Shown in pieces: positions 49,341 through 63,774 of a stretch of 64,000 nt of DNA; position 1 is the first letter of the stretch; each line of letters begins with the position of its first letter. The stretch is from Octopus bimaculoides. Its lineage: Eukaryota. Position numbers and translations under genes: made by a program. The notes under the pieces are model-generated. The model had not been told where the DNA came from, did no database searches, and saw only the letters and a list, made by a program, of their open reading frames with translations. Where the stretch lies: contig NC_068985.1 of the NCBI RefSeq assembly GCF_001194135.2, forward strand, positions 77,569,726-77,633,725. Reading direction: 5' to 3'.

Positions 49341-52300
49341 ATATTGCAGTATAATAGGTCTTTAGAATGACCTTGTATTCTTTGCCTTTTGTCTTTTCAG
49401 GGTTCACAAATTGAGTACCAGTGAAGCACTGGGTTCAATTGAATAAACTTTGCCCTCCACTCAAAATTGCTGGTCTTGTGCCAAAATTAGGAAAGAATAT
49501 TATTAGACAAATAAAACAATGACTGAATACATTTCTCCGCTTTTAAGCAAAGTGCAGATATAAATAACAAGCATTTTGAATGGCATTCTTTCTTTCAGTA
49601 TCCTCTTACTATGGAGATTTAAAACACTATTGTGTGCCATTTCCACCACCATCATGAAAGTAGAAGTGCCACTGTTAACATTTTAATCAACTAATATATT
49701 TTCCCTAAAATATTTATCCAGTGAATTAATCTGATAAACCATTATTACCTAGTATCAAATAATCTTCTCTATGTGAGCTCCCGATGCAGCACTCTGCCCT
49801 TTTATTTAAAATTGTAATTTTAGTAGTTAATTCTTCCTATTCAGTGTGTTCTCACAGCTTGTTTCATTATTTCCCAGCAGACTGCTGAAACATGTTTATT
49901 GATTTATTTTACAATCTATAAATTAATTAGTTAATTAATTGATGATTAAACAATGATTGATCAAAGCTTGTATTTGGTCAGTAGAGCTATGTTTGATGTA
50001 CACTTCCTTTCCTCATTCTGTTCACTTAACAGGATGACATGTCTGACCAAATATTAAAGAAAGGGCCAGAAAATGAAAACAAAAGTATTTTTTTCTCAAC
50101 TTAGCCATGTGGTTAAGAAGTTCAATTCGCAACCATGTGGTTCCAGTTCAAGACCACTGCACAGTACAGTGGTCAAGTGTCTTCTCCTATAGCCTTGTGG
50201 GTGAAACTCTATGGAAGCACAGACATACACATGCATGTATGTGTACACACATAAACATATGTGTATATACATACATGTTTCTTTGTCTTGAAGGCCATTA
50301 TCAGGGATACTAAATAATGGCTAAGATACACACAATAATTTTGCTGGTTGAACCAAATCTTGCTAACTTCTATGAGCGTGAGTGGTCATTATCCAGTATA
50401 GGTGCTTTCACTCCATTCAACTTTGTGCCTTTTGCATCAACAGTAACTTAGCTCTCACTCTCTAATATTCTTTAAATATGCTAGCTGTCCCAGACAAATT
50501 AGTTTTTTGAGGTCTTCTGTTCTATTGTATTTAATTATTTATCCAACCTATTTGATACCATTCCTAGAAACTTTATTACTATTGGTATTGCAGAGAACAG
50601 AATTACAGTAGCACACAAGACCATGATTTTGATATTTCTCTACTGTTTCTTTCTTCTGTGCTACCAAGTTGATTATATCCAGACATTGCCATGCCAGTGG
50701 CTTTTACACACTCTTACCCCTTCACTACTGTCTGAATATATGGGCTCTCTCTCTCTCAGGAAATCACAGAATATTTAGTAGTTCTTGAACTCAAACTAGA
50801 GGGCCAGTATTCATTACCCATCGCTTCAACAGTCTGTTCTTTCTAGTTAACAATTCCCAGTATACATCGTCAGTCTTCCTTTGTATTTCTTTTCAACTAC
50901 ATTAATGTTTTCTCTCATCAAACGTGCTACCCTTATGACCCTTACTGCCACACATTCTACTTAATGTATGGGATCTGATCTAGTGTGATACATTATAATG
51001 ACAACAATAGTAAAAATAGTGATGATAATAAATGAACAAAAAAAGAATTATATTAAAGGAATTATTATTATTATTATTATTAATAATAATATTGTTATTA
51101 ATATTGTATTTGTATTTCAATTATCTTTGCATCCTGCCAAAGAGATTCCCAAACTACAACAATAAATTCTATTACATGAATTAGATTAGCAATACTCAAT
51201 GCTTAACAGACATCGGTTAGAAAAGACATTTCAATATTGTTTTTGCACTTTTTAAAAAAAATTTTGGTTTAGTCTGCCAAAGAATAATCTTTTTCATATT
51301 TTTTTAATGTATATATGTATTTTCTTTGTTTTATTTCTTTAATCTTTTTTTTTTCCTCTATCATTCTCAAATCCATTTTTCCATATGTTAGACAGTTCTA
51401 AAATATCTGCAATATTCTCTAATATTTTGGCATGAATTATTGGTCCAAGTGATCTTTTAACAACTGATTACTCTGCCTTAACATAAATCACTCAGCTGTG
51501 AAGTATAGGTTATATTCCTCACCTTTTTTTTTTTGTTTTTTTGTTTTTACATCTAGTGGGAGTAAAATCAAAAAAAAAACTTTACATGTCAATGTTGTGA
51601 CTAATCGCACTATATCCTTATACATTACTAAGCATGCCTGCAATGTTTGCAATCATAGAAATCCTGTTTTATGGTAGTAAAACCCTGTCTGTGAATGCCA
51701 AGCATTTAGTTTTCATTTAAAATGGCTGTACCACCACCACCACTACCACCACCATCATCATCATCATCGTTTCCCATACTTGCATGGATCAGATGGAGTT
51801 TGAGGCAAATTTTTCTACAGCTGGATATCCTTCCTGTCACCAAACCTTACATGTTTGCAAGCAAGGTAATGTTTCGCCATGGCCAGTCAGGTGTTTTGCA
51901 AGACATTGGAAATTAATGTCATTTATTTACAACAATCATGCAATCTCAAGACAAGGAGACACAAACATACACACAAGCACACTTTGTTCAGCCTGCCGCT
52001 ATAATAGAAGACCCTTCTTCAAGGTGCTGCACAGTGGGACTGAACCAGAAACTGCATGGTTGGGAAGCAAACTTCTTACCACACAGACATGCCTGCCATG
52101 ATTAGGTGAATTTTTGCTGCAAAACTCTCAAAAGGAGAGCCTTTGAGCTCAGTCAAAAGAGTCAAGATGGATCACTCTCAGCATGTGCATACATGTCAAA
52201 GACACATGCTATTGCAAGGAAATAATAGTATTATTAGAGAGAGAGCTGGAAGAGTTAATAAGTTCTTATATTATGAACAAGTTGTTGATGGTGTATCATG

Positions 52301-53125
52301 CTGAAGTTGCTACTTCAGTAGATGATTGCTAACATTTGATTCACTTAGCAATGGACAAAGCTACCTTGTTGTAGATATCTCGGCATTAGACAAACTTGTT
52401 GCACTATGTGTTAGTTATTCTGTTAGTTAACAATGCTAAGCTTAACCCAGTTTTTTTTTTGTGTATGGGTTGTTGTTTTTTGTTTATGTTCAACCCTAGG
52501 CCAGCCTTCATTGAACAGACCTATGATCACCTATTGTTGCTGTCTCTTTGTCTATCAGGGACTACACTGTTCGATGTGTCCTCTATTTTAAGATGATATC
52601 CACAATTTAAATGCCTAAAAATCACAAAGCATATTTGTACATCATACATACATACATACATCATCATCACCATTTAATATCCACTTTCCCATGGTTGCAT
52701 GAATCAGGCGGAATTTGTTGAAACAGATTTTCTACAGCAAAATGCCCTTCCTGTTGCTAATCCTTACCTGTCTCCAAGCATGGTAATATTTTCCCATGGC
52801 TAAGTATGTTTTTTTCTCAGAAGACGAGAAACAAACAACCTCACTTATATGACAATGATGCTGCTTTACAAGCATCATGTGATGTCTAGACACAGGTACA
52901 CACATGCACATGCATGCCATTTGCACATTCAACTAGTTTCTGTCTTCCAAATCCACTCACATCGCTTTGGTCAGCCTGGAGTTAGAGTTGAATATACTCG
53001 CCCATGCATGCATGGTATACACTTGTTATTGCCAACAATGAGATAAACACAATATCACTTACCAGCCAGTACATATAACTGCAGTTTACTTCTGATCAAG
53101 CTGAGATGATGATCATGATGTAGAG

Positions 53126-55407
53126 CAGCGCTTCCTAAACTATGGGTCACAACACCATTTGGGGTTGTGAAGTGAAATGCTGGGGGTCGCAAAAATTAAA
53201 TTCAAACGCTTGAATTTCAGTTTGTTATTTCACAAATGCACAACATTTAACATGATGCACCACGCAAGCACTGCAGTAATAAAATGCATGTGTGGTGCCA
53301 TTGCAACTAGTGCAGTGACAACATAGGTATTTTCAGTGTAGTTGGTTGATTGTATTCATCTCAATAAGTGTATAAATAACAATACATTTTACTGTTTTAT
53401 TCAATCGAGGTCGGTATTTATTTAAATAATTTCATAGTTATTTTATGAAATGTTATTTTATTTATATTTCAAAATAAAACTATTTTTACTCATTGATAAA
53501 TGGCTGGACTTGAGTAACAAAAGTAATGATGCAGATGGCAATGCTACAAAGTCTGTCCAAGCAGGACCAAGTAATCAGAGAGAGGCACCTAAGATGCAAA
53601 AAAGAAAATACGATGAGTCATTTCTCCAATTTGGCTTCACTTTTAATAATAGTGATGGTATGGAATAACCTCTTTGTTTAATTTGCAATAATGTTTTGGC
53701 CGTGGAGAGTATGAAACCCTCAAAATTAAAAAGGCATCTTGAATTCAAACAGCCTTCATACATCAGTAAAGCAAAGATATATTTTGAAAGACAGTTTATA
53801 TTTTCAAATATAGAAAAACAAAATTTTGAGAAATTTATGACTATAAACGAAAAATATTTATTAGTATCATACGAAGTTTCATATCTAAATGCAAAAAAAT
53901 AAAAAGCCATATACTATTGGGGAAGAACTTTTTATTACCTGCTGCTTTGAAGATGGTAGAAATACTTCACAGAAGTAAATATGGTGATGAAATTTGAAAA
54001 ATTCCTTTGTTGAACAATACAGTTGCCAATAGAATTACTGAACAACCAATTTGAGCTGCTTATTTCTATTCTTAAAGAAAACCCAAAATTCAGTTGGACA
54101 AAACAACTGATATTTTAAAAATGGCTCAATTGTTAGTATACATCAGATACATTTATAAAGAAAACGACAAAGAAGGATTGTTATTTTGTCATCCTTTGGA
54201 AGAACATACATGAGGGAAAGACATATATAGTAAAGTTGATGGATTTTTTAAAAACTGTAGGTTTGGAATGGAAAAATTGGATTGTAGTATGAACAGATGG
54301 TGCAAAAGCAATGATGAGCAAAAATATTGGTTTTAAATCATTTGTTAAGGCTGCTGGTAATAATCATGTAACTTTTATACATTGCATGATCCATTGCCCT
54401 AGCAGCAAAAAAATTAGCACTGGAATTAAACGATGTGCTTCAGGATGTTATCAAAATTATAAACTTTATTCAAAGCTGTACCCTTAACAGCCATTTATTT
54501 TTAAATCTCTGTATAGACATGAACTCAGTACACAAAAACTTATTATTACACGCAGAAGTAAAGTGGTTGTCAAGAGGGTGAAGTTTATACAGATTATTGC
54601 TGTTAAAAGATGAAATTATTATATTTTTAGCTGAACAAAAATCTGATCTTGCTGCTCTTTTCCAAAATGACTTATGGCTTTCAAATTTATGCCGTTTGTC
54701 AGATATTTTTGAGAAACTAATCGATCTCAACTTGTCTCTTCAAGGAAAGAAAAGTAATATATTTACTTCAAATGATAAAATTGAGGGTTTTATGAAAAAG
54801 ATCAACATTTGGAAGAATAGGGTGAAAAATGATTCATTTGAAATGTTTCTGGTTATCGAAGATTTTATAATTGAAAAAAATAATTGTAAAAATTTAATTG
54901 TAACAATTATTATAGACCGCTTAAATACCCTAGAAACACAGTTTTGCAAATACTTCATTTCGAATTTCAATTTCAAAAAGTTATCTTGGATTCAGAAACC
55001 ATTTTCAATTGACGTTGATGATATCAATGATCTGCTGTATAAAGCCCAAGAGGAGTTCATTGAGCTATCGAGTGATTCAAACTTGAAACTTGAATTTACA
55101 AAATAATCTTTGACTGAATTCTGGATTGGAGCTAAAACTGAATTTCCCACAATTTCTGAAATGGCATTACATGTTCTTTTGTCATTTAGCACCACATGTG
55201 AAATGACTTTTTCAGCTTTAACCCTCATTAAAACCAAATATCATTCAATACTGAAAAATGTAGAAGATGTATGTATATTGTTCAGCAAAAAAATAAATGA
55301 TTTATGTATTTATTTGTATGTTTTATTTCATATTTAATACCTGGGGATCGCGAAAAATCTTGTGATGAAAAATGGGGTCATGAATGAAAAAAGTTTAACA
55401 AGCACTG
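53126..55407 (+). mobile_element. hAT transposon, Buster group, full length with pseudogenised transposase (~53492-55300)
   Basis: TIRs CAGCGCTTCCTAAACT / AGTTTAACAAGCACTG; perfect 8-bp TSD ATGTAGAG (53118-53125, 55408-55415) with central TA. BED finger KRKYDESFLQFGF...PLCLIC...MKPSKLKRHL, YLSDIFEKL-like block and C-terminal CEMTFSAL dimerisation-like motif. Confidence 0.95.
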
Positions 55408-56332
55408 ATGTAGAGGATGATGATGATAGTAATGATGTTGGTGGTGATAATGATAACAATGATTTGAACCAGTTTGGGTGATCCTCACACTTATCATGGA
55501 TCTTGATAAGTTGTTACCTTTGTGCCCTTTTTATATTCTGAAGTTCTGAACATAAGGTTTTCTAATCTCCCAGTAAAAACACATACCTGTCATATACTGG
55601 TTTGTTTTCATTCCATTACACTTCTTCCCTAAAACTTTGTGCCTTGTTCTAGTATAAAAATTTTCCATGGTGGTTCTACTTTTCGTTGCTTTGTTTGCTG
55701 CCGCAACTTGCTGTTAGCTCTGTTAAAACAATTGTTAAGATTTTTGATTTAAACTACAGAGCAACATCTCCAGACATCTTAACACGTATGTTTCCATTTT
55801 TTTTTTTTATTTTTAATATTTTTTCCTCACCTATCTGTCTGTCTGCTGCTTCATTTCAGTTCTTGGCAGTTAATTAATATTTACATTTATTTTTGAGACT
55901 AAGTCAAGTTATATATGTTTAGATGTGTGTGTAAATATATATATATATGTAAGAGAGAGAGAAATAGGAGTGGTTGTTCAAAGAAAGAAAACTAAAATGA
56001 AAATCAAACTAAAGTAGAAGCTGGAAATGATCTGTGTTCTTCTTCCTCCTTCTGCTTCTTGGCAGAATAACTAAGAGAGTTGGAAAGATACTTTATAATA
56101 TTTCTTCTGACTCTCTATATTCTGAGTTCAAATCCTGCCATGGTCAACTTTACCCTTCATCCCTCAGGGTTGATAGAGTAAAGCACTAGTCAAATCTCAG
56201 GCATCAACAGTATTGACTAAACCCCCTCCCCTTAAATTTCAAGCCTTGTGCCNNNNNNNNNNTATATTCCTTCTTAGCCAGGACTGGGCAGCCAGAGATA
56301 ATATGATTTATTGTTTCTTGATTATTATTATT

Positions 56333-56519
56333 GCAGTGAGGTAGCAGATCATTAACACACTGAACAAAATGCTTAGCAACATGTTTTTCAGCTTTGTTCT
56401 AAGTGCAAATTCTGCTGAGACTTTCCTTTTGGGGGTCAATAAAATAAGCACCAGTTGAACACCAGGGTTGATGTAATCAACTTACCTCTTCCTCAGAATT
56501 GCTGGCCTTGTGCCAAAAT
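56333..56519 (+). mobile_element. Family A SINE (another copy at ~56050-56252)
   Basis: Family A motifs and (ATT)n tail. Confidence 0.7.
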
Positions 56520-57078
56520 TATTATTATTGTTATTATTATTATTATTATTATTATTGAGTGAGAGAGCAGTGCATGCCATCAAGTGACACAGGTACAAAT
56601 ATATGAAGCCCAATATACCCATCATGACTACCCATCTGATTAGGGTACACTAGGCACATGCATCACAACCACATGTGCACGATATAGTGATCTCATATCA
56701 AGATGAAAATCACATTAGGCTCAGTCAGAATTTTTTTTTCAGGTTGACTAGCTCATCCCACTCAAAAGGTCCCTGAATAAGGTTTAAGGATGAACAAAAT
56801 ACCCATGTTTTCAGAGGTGAATTGTTCAAACCCCAAAGAATTCCTCTCAATACATTGCTATGATGTTCCCCCACTACTTCTGCTTGTGATCATAGATGCA
56901 CATATTGTCGGCCATTAAGGGACATGCTCCACTAGTTAAGGTCAAGCAACTGACAAGCAAATCTATGGTATTGAGGAGAATATTTTATACCAAGACAAGA
57001 TAATGTACATGATAACACTTCCAATCAGTTAAGATCAAAAGCTATGAGAGCCACTGCCTGGTACTGCATCAGGGCATT
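56520..57078 (-). mobile_element. Family C element, second copy
   Basis: Collinear with 454-953. Confidence 0.65.
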
Positions 57079-57126
57079 CAAAAGCCTTGAGAATCATTGC
57101 CTGGTACTGTGATTATTTATTATCAT

Positions 57127-57497
57127 TATTACCTCCGCCTTAACAAAGGTGGTGGTATTGTTTTCAGTCGTGCTTGTTTGTCTGTTTGTCCATGGACAAG
57201 ATATCTCACAAACCGCTGGATGGATTCATATGAAACTTTCAGAGATCTTTGGCCTCGTGACTGGCACGAACTGATTAGATTTTGGGATCGATCCAGTACC
57301 GGACAAGGATTCTGGATTATTTTTCTGGTTTTTTAACTTAATTTTTGAGAGTGGTCGGGTTCATTTTTAGTTTCCTTGTTTTTGAGAGCAGTCGAGTTTA
57401 TTTCAGATATTCTCATTTTAAAACTCATCTCCGGCTAATTATTGAGAAAACGTTGGTGTTGCCTTGGCAGAGGTTTGCCCTGTCTGAGTGCTCTTGT
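57127..57497 (+). mobile_element. Helentron-associated non-autonomous element (HINE/DINE-1-like)
   Basis: 5' subterminal IR acctccgcc, 3' partner ggcagaggt followed by a short hairpin-like gccctgtctgagtgc, gtttgtctgtttgtc microsatellite-like block, and T-rich flanks. Confidence 0.7.
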
Positions 57498-58761
57498 TGT
57501 TATTGTTCTTGTTAAGTCATGGTAGCAGAATCATTAACACACCAGACAAAATTCTTAGTAACATTTCTTCCAGCTTCATGCTTTGAGTTCATGCTTTGTG
57601 ATTCATTTCCAATATTCTGATCATGAAGAAAATTTAACTTCCTTGGAAACAAGTGAGGCCTGGCAACAGGAAGTGCATCCAACCATAGAAAATCTGCCCT
57701 CAATAAATTCACCCCAACCCTTGCAAGCTTGGAGAAGTGGACCTTAAATGATGATGGTATGTATACATACATACATACATACATACATACACGCGTGTGT
57801 GTGTGTAATTTTTTTCCATCATGTATTTTGAAAATAATGGCATATTGATAATGAGGTGGTAATGGGCCAATCACTTACTCACTGCATTGCCAAAGTTAAA
57901 GGGCCAGGTAGCATCTCTGCACAAATTGTGTGGGATAAAGATACTACGTAGTATTTTTTGTTTGGCACACCAATTTATTGGCAAATTTCTATCTATTATA
58001 TATGAAAATATATAGACAGATACATATTTGCGTTTCTATGTATAAATATGTATGAGTATGTATATACATATTTACACACACACACACACATACACACACG
58101 TGTGTGTGTGTATGATGTAATATTCCTGTGTTAAGTTCATTTATCTATTTGATAAGGTTTCTGGCAACCCTCCACATCAGACTAGCCTAGTGAGGCAGCC
58201 ATTTTAGTTGTTGATGACCCAGTCATGTCTACTACACATCATCAGTAGCACCCATGCATGACCTGACAGAAATATGTTACAAATAAACACTATCAATGTT
58301 GCTGTGATCATCAACCTTGCTCAGATGTTTGTAGCATATGTTGTTGTTTAGCCACAGGTTTAACTTGGAGCAAGTAGACTCATGTTTGATGGCAATACAG
58401 CTGTTACTATTCTGTTGTTTGTTTTTTGGGCTATCCAAGACTACATTAATGAATGTGTCATTCCCCACCACCACCACCATTTTTTAAAGAGGATTTGGTG
58501 TGGTAGGAAAGGTTTTGCTGTTAGCTTTCGCAGGTCATATAGAGCTCCCCCCATTGCTTTATCCACAACACCCATTCACTGTGAGTTTACGCATGCCTGT
58601 AATATACTTACATATTGATGCAACATAGCAGACTGGTTAAGAAGTTTGTTTTGTAATCACAAAGACCTTGGCTCAATCTCAGTATGTGGCAGCCCATGAA
58701 TTGTGGGTGAATTCTGGTAGACAAAAACAGTTTGAGAGCCCATTGAATGGACTGCACTTGT

Positions 58762-59180
58762 GAAGGCACATATGGCTTAGTGGTTAGGACATTCAGCTCC
58801 TGATTGTAAGGTTGTGAACTTGATATGCAGCAGCATGTTGTGTCCTTGAGCAAGACAATTTTTATTTCTTGTTGGACCTTAAATGATGATGGTGTGTATA
58901 CATACATACATACGTGCGCATGTGTGTGTGTGTAATTTTTTTCCATCATGTATTTTGAAAATAATGGCATATTGATACTCCAGTTGACTCATCTGGCAAA
59001 AATGAATTGTACCTGTAATTTAAAGGGCTAGCCTTGTTACATTCTGTGTCATGTTGAATTTTCTTGAGAACTACATTCAAGAGTACATGTCTGTGGAGTG
59101 CTTGCATGTTGATTTCGTGAGCAGGTTGCTCCATCGATCAAGTCAACTGGAACACTCATCGTCGTAACTGATGGCAAACC
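58762..59180 (+). mobile_element. Family F SINE interrupted by a 104-bp templated insertion
   Basis: Collinear with 18301-18618 on both sides of 58874-58977. Confidence 0.75.
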
Positions 59181-60236
59181 AGGCCACTTGTGATTCAATG
59201 GTTTTGCCTTGTCATACACTGTCACACTAATTCTCTCTGGGAATTACGAGTAATGTGTTTGTTGAAAACTCAGCCACTTACATGCTAATTTAGGAAGCAG
59301 ATCAATTTTTTAAACATATGAGTACTCATACCCAAAATCATTAATCCATTTACTTTCAATTATCCTTACACACACAGTAACACATGTCTATATACTTCAT
59401 TTTGTAAATGTGTGTGTGTGAAATACTTTGCCATAACCCTACCTTATTGTTGACACCTTCCGTTTAAAAAGGAATCACCCTCTTAAGTCAGAGGCAATAT
59501 CAGTATCACAAGGAAGCAGGATGATCCAACTCCAAGAGGAAGGGGTCTAAGAAAAAGAGGAAGTGTGATATCCAGTTACTGTGACACCTATAGCAGTTCG
59601 TTTAGACTTGAGAGGAAGTGCCAGTACTCTGTACCATAATTAACAGGATAAATGTCAATGAATGAATGAAGTTGGAGTTGTTTAGCCCCAGGTCAAATGT
59701 GATTGAATAAGACCTATGTTCAGATATGTTCTAGTCATGACCACTTTGTCTTCTTAAGGATATTGAAGACGACATTATGCAGTGTCTTTTCCTTTTTAAG
59801 ACTAGAATGTGACTTGAACAAGATTTGGGTGCTATTTTTAGCAGGTTTGATGACCTCATATAAAAACTCCCTCATTGGTTCATCTATAACGCGTTTCTCT
59901 TACATTTCTGAGTATGTGTATTCACACACACTTGTACAAACCCACACGTGTATCTGCTATATTCCTCCACCACTATCCTCCTCCCGCAGCTGGATTATAC
60001 TGGCTCCCTGTGATGCTGATGTCACATCTTAGACAAACAGTGAAGTAATGGTAGGAAGAGTCTGTGGTGGAGGCGTGAGACCAGATAGGGAATCTTCTAG
60101 ATACTACTGGATAGTTTCTATCTTGCAGATTAACATATTTCCTCAGAGAAATATATATATATCTGTTATTTATTTTTTCTTTCTAACATGTTTATTTTGA
60201 AAATATTCCATTCAAGATTTTACATGCACGTGCAAG

Positions 60237-60281
<45 letters not shown>

Positions 60282-60844
60282 TAAATTATGAAACTACTTG
60301 TTATTGTTGCTAATCATCAGGTGAACCGTGATCTGTTAATCCTTATGATAAAAGACATCCTGCCAATGACCAAGTGCATTAAATGTGTCCTTCCATCTTC
60401 AGGATGAAGAAGTATTAGTTGATGGAGGTTTGGCTGGTATTTCTAGCAAGTTGGGTGATCACATAGTCCTTCCCACCTACTCATTGACTCATTGTATATG
60501 TAGTTGAATTATTAGGTACACAGACAGTCATCATCAGTTTATGTCTGTCATGTGGTAATGGCATTGGTTGGGTAAGTCTGCACCAGCACAGTATTTTGCA
60601 GCATTTCGCCACATGGTGTTGTCATTCACCATCTTCTTTATGAGGTATAGCATCTTGAGGTCATCTTCCACTGCATTGTAACACATTTACCTTGGTTGTT
60701 GTCTTCTACGGGCTTCTTTCACTGGGATTATTTGTTGCACTCTCACACATATATTTACACATACCTGTGTGTGTGTGTGCACGCGCATATGTATGTGTGT
60801 GAGTATGTATGGATGAATGTGTGTAGGTATACACACACACGTGG

Positions 60845-60883
<39 letters not shown>

Positions 60884-61354
60884 ATCTTTGTATGCATTTA
60901 CACCTCTGTATAAGTATGTATATCTATATATGTATACACATGTGTATAGATATGTGTGTGTGTGTGTATATGTACATACATAAGATGTTCTAAACTTCAA
61001 CAACCTCATTACATCTCTTTTATTCAATTCTCTTCATTCATATTCTCAGACCCTACTTTTGCATGTGTGTTTTAGTATAAAATTCACTAACATTACTGTT
61101 TGTTCATTCGACATCCACTTTTTCAACGTGGTTTGGGTTGGAGAGGGACTTATTTAATGCTGAATTTGATGACCAGATTCCCTGACTTAATTGCCAAGCC
61201 TTATCTATTTTTGAATTAAGAGATTTTGTTTTATTCCACTGGTCTTCCAATGTGTAGAGCGGCTAGACATAATGTCAACTAAATATGTAAATATCATATC
61301 TCTATTTCAGTGAGACAGTTTCAAATAAAGCTTTGGAACATCAATATTTGCACA

Positions 61355-61397
<43 letters not shown>

Positions 61398-62558
61398 CCC
61401 TCTCTCTCTCACCAGTAAAGCATAGTTATTAATTGTTCACATTCACACACTGTGTTTGCTTATTATTATTATTGCAAATTATATATGTTGAACCAATTGC
61501 TTAAAAGAATTTCTTCCAGTTCTTTACATTCTGAGTTCTAATCCTGTTAATGTCAGCTTTGCCCTCTATCTTTCAGAGTTAATAAAATAAGTACTAGCCA
61601 AATACTGGGGTCAATGTAAACAAATTGCTGGTCCTGTGCCATAATTTGAAGCATTCATGTAACTCTGCATCAACCTTCATTGACTGATAATCATCATATA
61701 TACTTTCTTGATGTGATCACCCTGTCACTTTTTCAGGCATAGTATATACACAGTTACATTATCTATTGTTTCCCATAGGGCTATTTTGAAATACATTTGG
61801 CTGCTCTTTCTAGGAAATCAAACCTACAAATAGCAGCTCCCTTGGCAACAATTAAGCCTAATTTTCAGCAACATGAACATCCTCATCATACACACATACA
61901 TTAAAATTTCTATATTTTGTCATTACTATTCAGATGTTTAGATAATTTCTCATAACCAAGAGGTTGTGTGTGTATGTGTGTGTGTACAGTGTCTGTACAT
62001 CTAGGTGGGGTAGCTGCTGGTTGGCAAGAAATATTTGGAAAGAGATTTACCATGAGCTCAGACTTCTATTACATAGAGGTGTGAGGAGAGATTGTTGCAA
62101 GTAAGAAAATATTAAAGAACTCGGGTAGATGTTTGGCATATAAATTAGATTGTGTGTATGCATATGATATATGATTTATGTTAGCTATATCAACTATGCT
62201 TCGTCTGCTGCATACCCCACACCTTAAAAATTACAGAACGAGATGAAATCAAATGCTAAATAGATCACCTACCATCTATCCATCAATCAGCCAGCCAGAC
62301 ACTCTCAGTTATCTTGGCAATTCAAATATATAGGTATGTGTGCCTGTGTGTAAGATTGATTACTGAAGCCATAACTGAACTGTAGCCCTGTCTGTTTTTT
62401 TTTTTTAAAGATGAATTTTTTTGTATTTCATTGATTTTTTTTTTTAATGCATTACCCTGTGGCCATGTTGGAGCTTCACACTTGAAGGTTTCATGAATTG
62501 CATTAGTTTTAATCAATTGTATTGTCACCACTACTTATTTCAATCTGAAAGCAATTTT

Positions 62559-62769
62559 TTAAACCCTTTGGTACTCGGATTACTTTGGAAATTTAATGCT
62601 CACCAATTCACATTGTTTTGAATTACTCTTGCGTTATCTTGTAGCTTCAATATTTCAATGATGTGATTGTTTATTGTTAGGATGACATTACAGAGTAGGT
62701 GCAAGAGGCCGGATCTGGACAGTAGGATATTTGGACCAGATATGGCCAGTTTAAATGCTAAAGGATTAA
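62559..62769. mobile_element. piggyBac-type MITE, family D
   Basis: Right end gccagtttaaatgctaaagga-TTAA, degenerate left end, body shared with 2601-2799. Confidence 0.75.
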
Positions 62770-63774
62770 CCTCTATCAGATTGCTAAATCATGTTTTTGA
62801 TGTAAAGAAACCCAACTTGATACATTGGTTTACACCAGTAAAACATAGTCCCAAACACAGATACATGGTGATACAGACACACATGTGTGCACGCACACAC
62901 ACGCACAATAAAGTATTCCACACTGTTTCTGTCTCGAGAAGACTATTTGTCAAGCAGAGGGCTACAGTCAGACATTTTACCCATAGTGCCATATAGAGAA
63001 TTGAACCTGCCCTCTCATGGTTTCAAAATGATGTTAACCACATGGCTATGTTTGTTTACAACACTAAATTATCCAATGTCCTCTGATGTTTCAGGTCTTC
63101 CTGAAATAGTTATGGTGATGATGATAATCATTATTGCTATTTTTTGCTGCTAAATGAAAGATACTGTGTCTGGTTCCCATTCGTTATCAATACATTTTTA
63201 CATAGTTTGCTTGTTGCTGTCAGATTTCTTCTGCTATTATCAGGAAATAGTTTGGCTTTGCTATCCATTATTAATTATTGGTTGTGTTCTGTTATCTCTG
63301 TATCGAGTTTGTATTTATATTTTGATACTGATGTAGGAAACTGTCTAGAAACATTGATTACTAAAAGAAATGTTTCACACATTCTCGTGACTGTAGGGCT
63401 GGAATTATAGCCAATTGACTGATATCAGCTTCTAGTGAAAGGCAAGCCAATTCAAGCTTGATTTTAAACTCAGGATGTAAAGAGATGTAACTATGTACTC
63501 CAAAGGCATTTAGTCCAACTTGTCTTCATTCCTTTTCTAAAAGCCTTTACATGGTCACTCAGTCTTCAAGAAGTACAAGTCAGATCTTCCCAAAACCACA
63601 CCCTATCATCTTTAGGAAAAGAGAAAGCATCACATTGAATAATGTGATTCTAGGTAACCCTGTATCTGAAGAAGTAAAATAGATGTGATTGTCATGGCTG
63701 TATTGACTTTTGATCCTGTGTCTCTGATCAGAGTTGACTTGGGGCTAAACAGCAATGATGCCTCTAATAATGAT

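Noticed and set aside
53450-55337. Domesticated ZBED5/ZBED8/FAM200-like host gene
   Set aside because: ORF is broken by many stops and frameshifts, and it retains TIRs and a TSD, so it is a decayed transposon.
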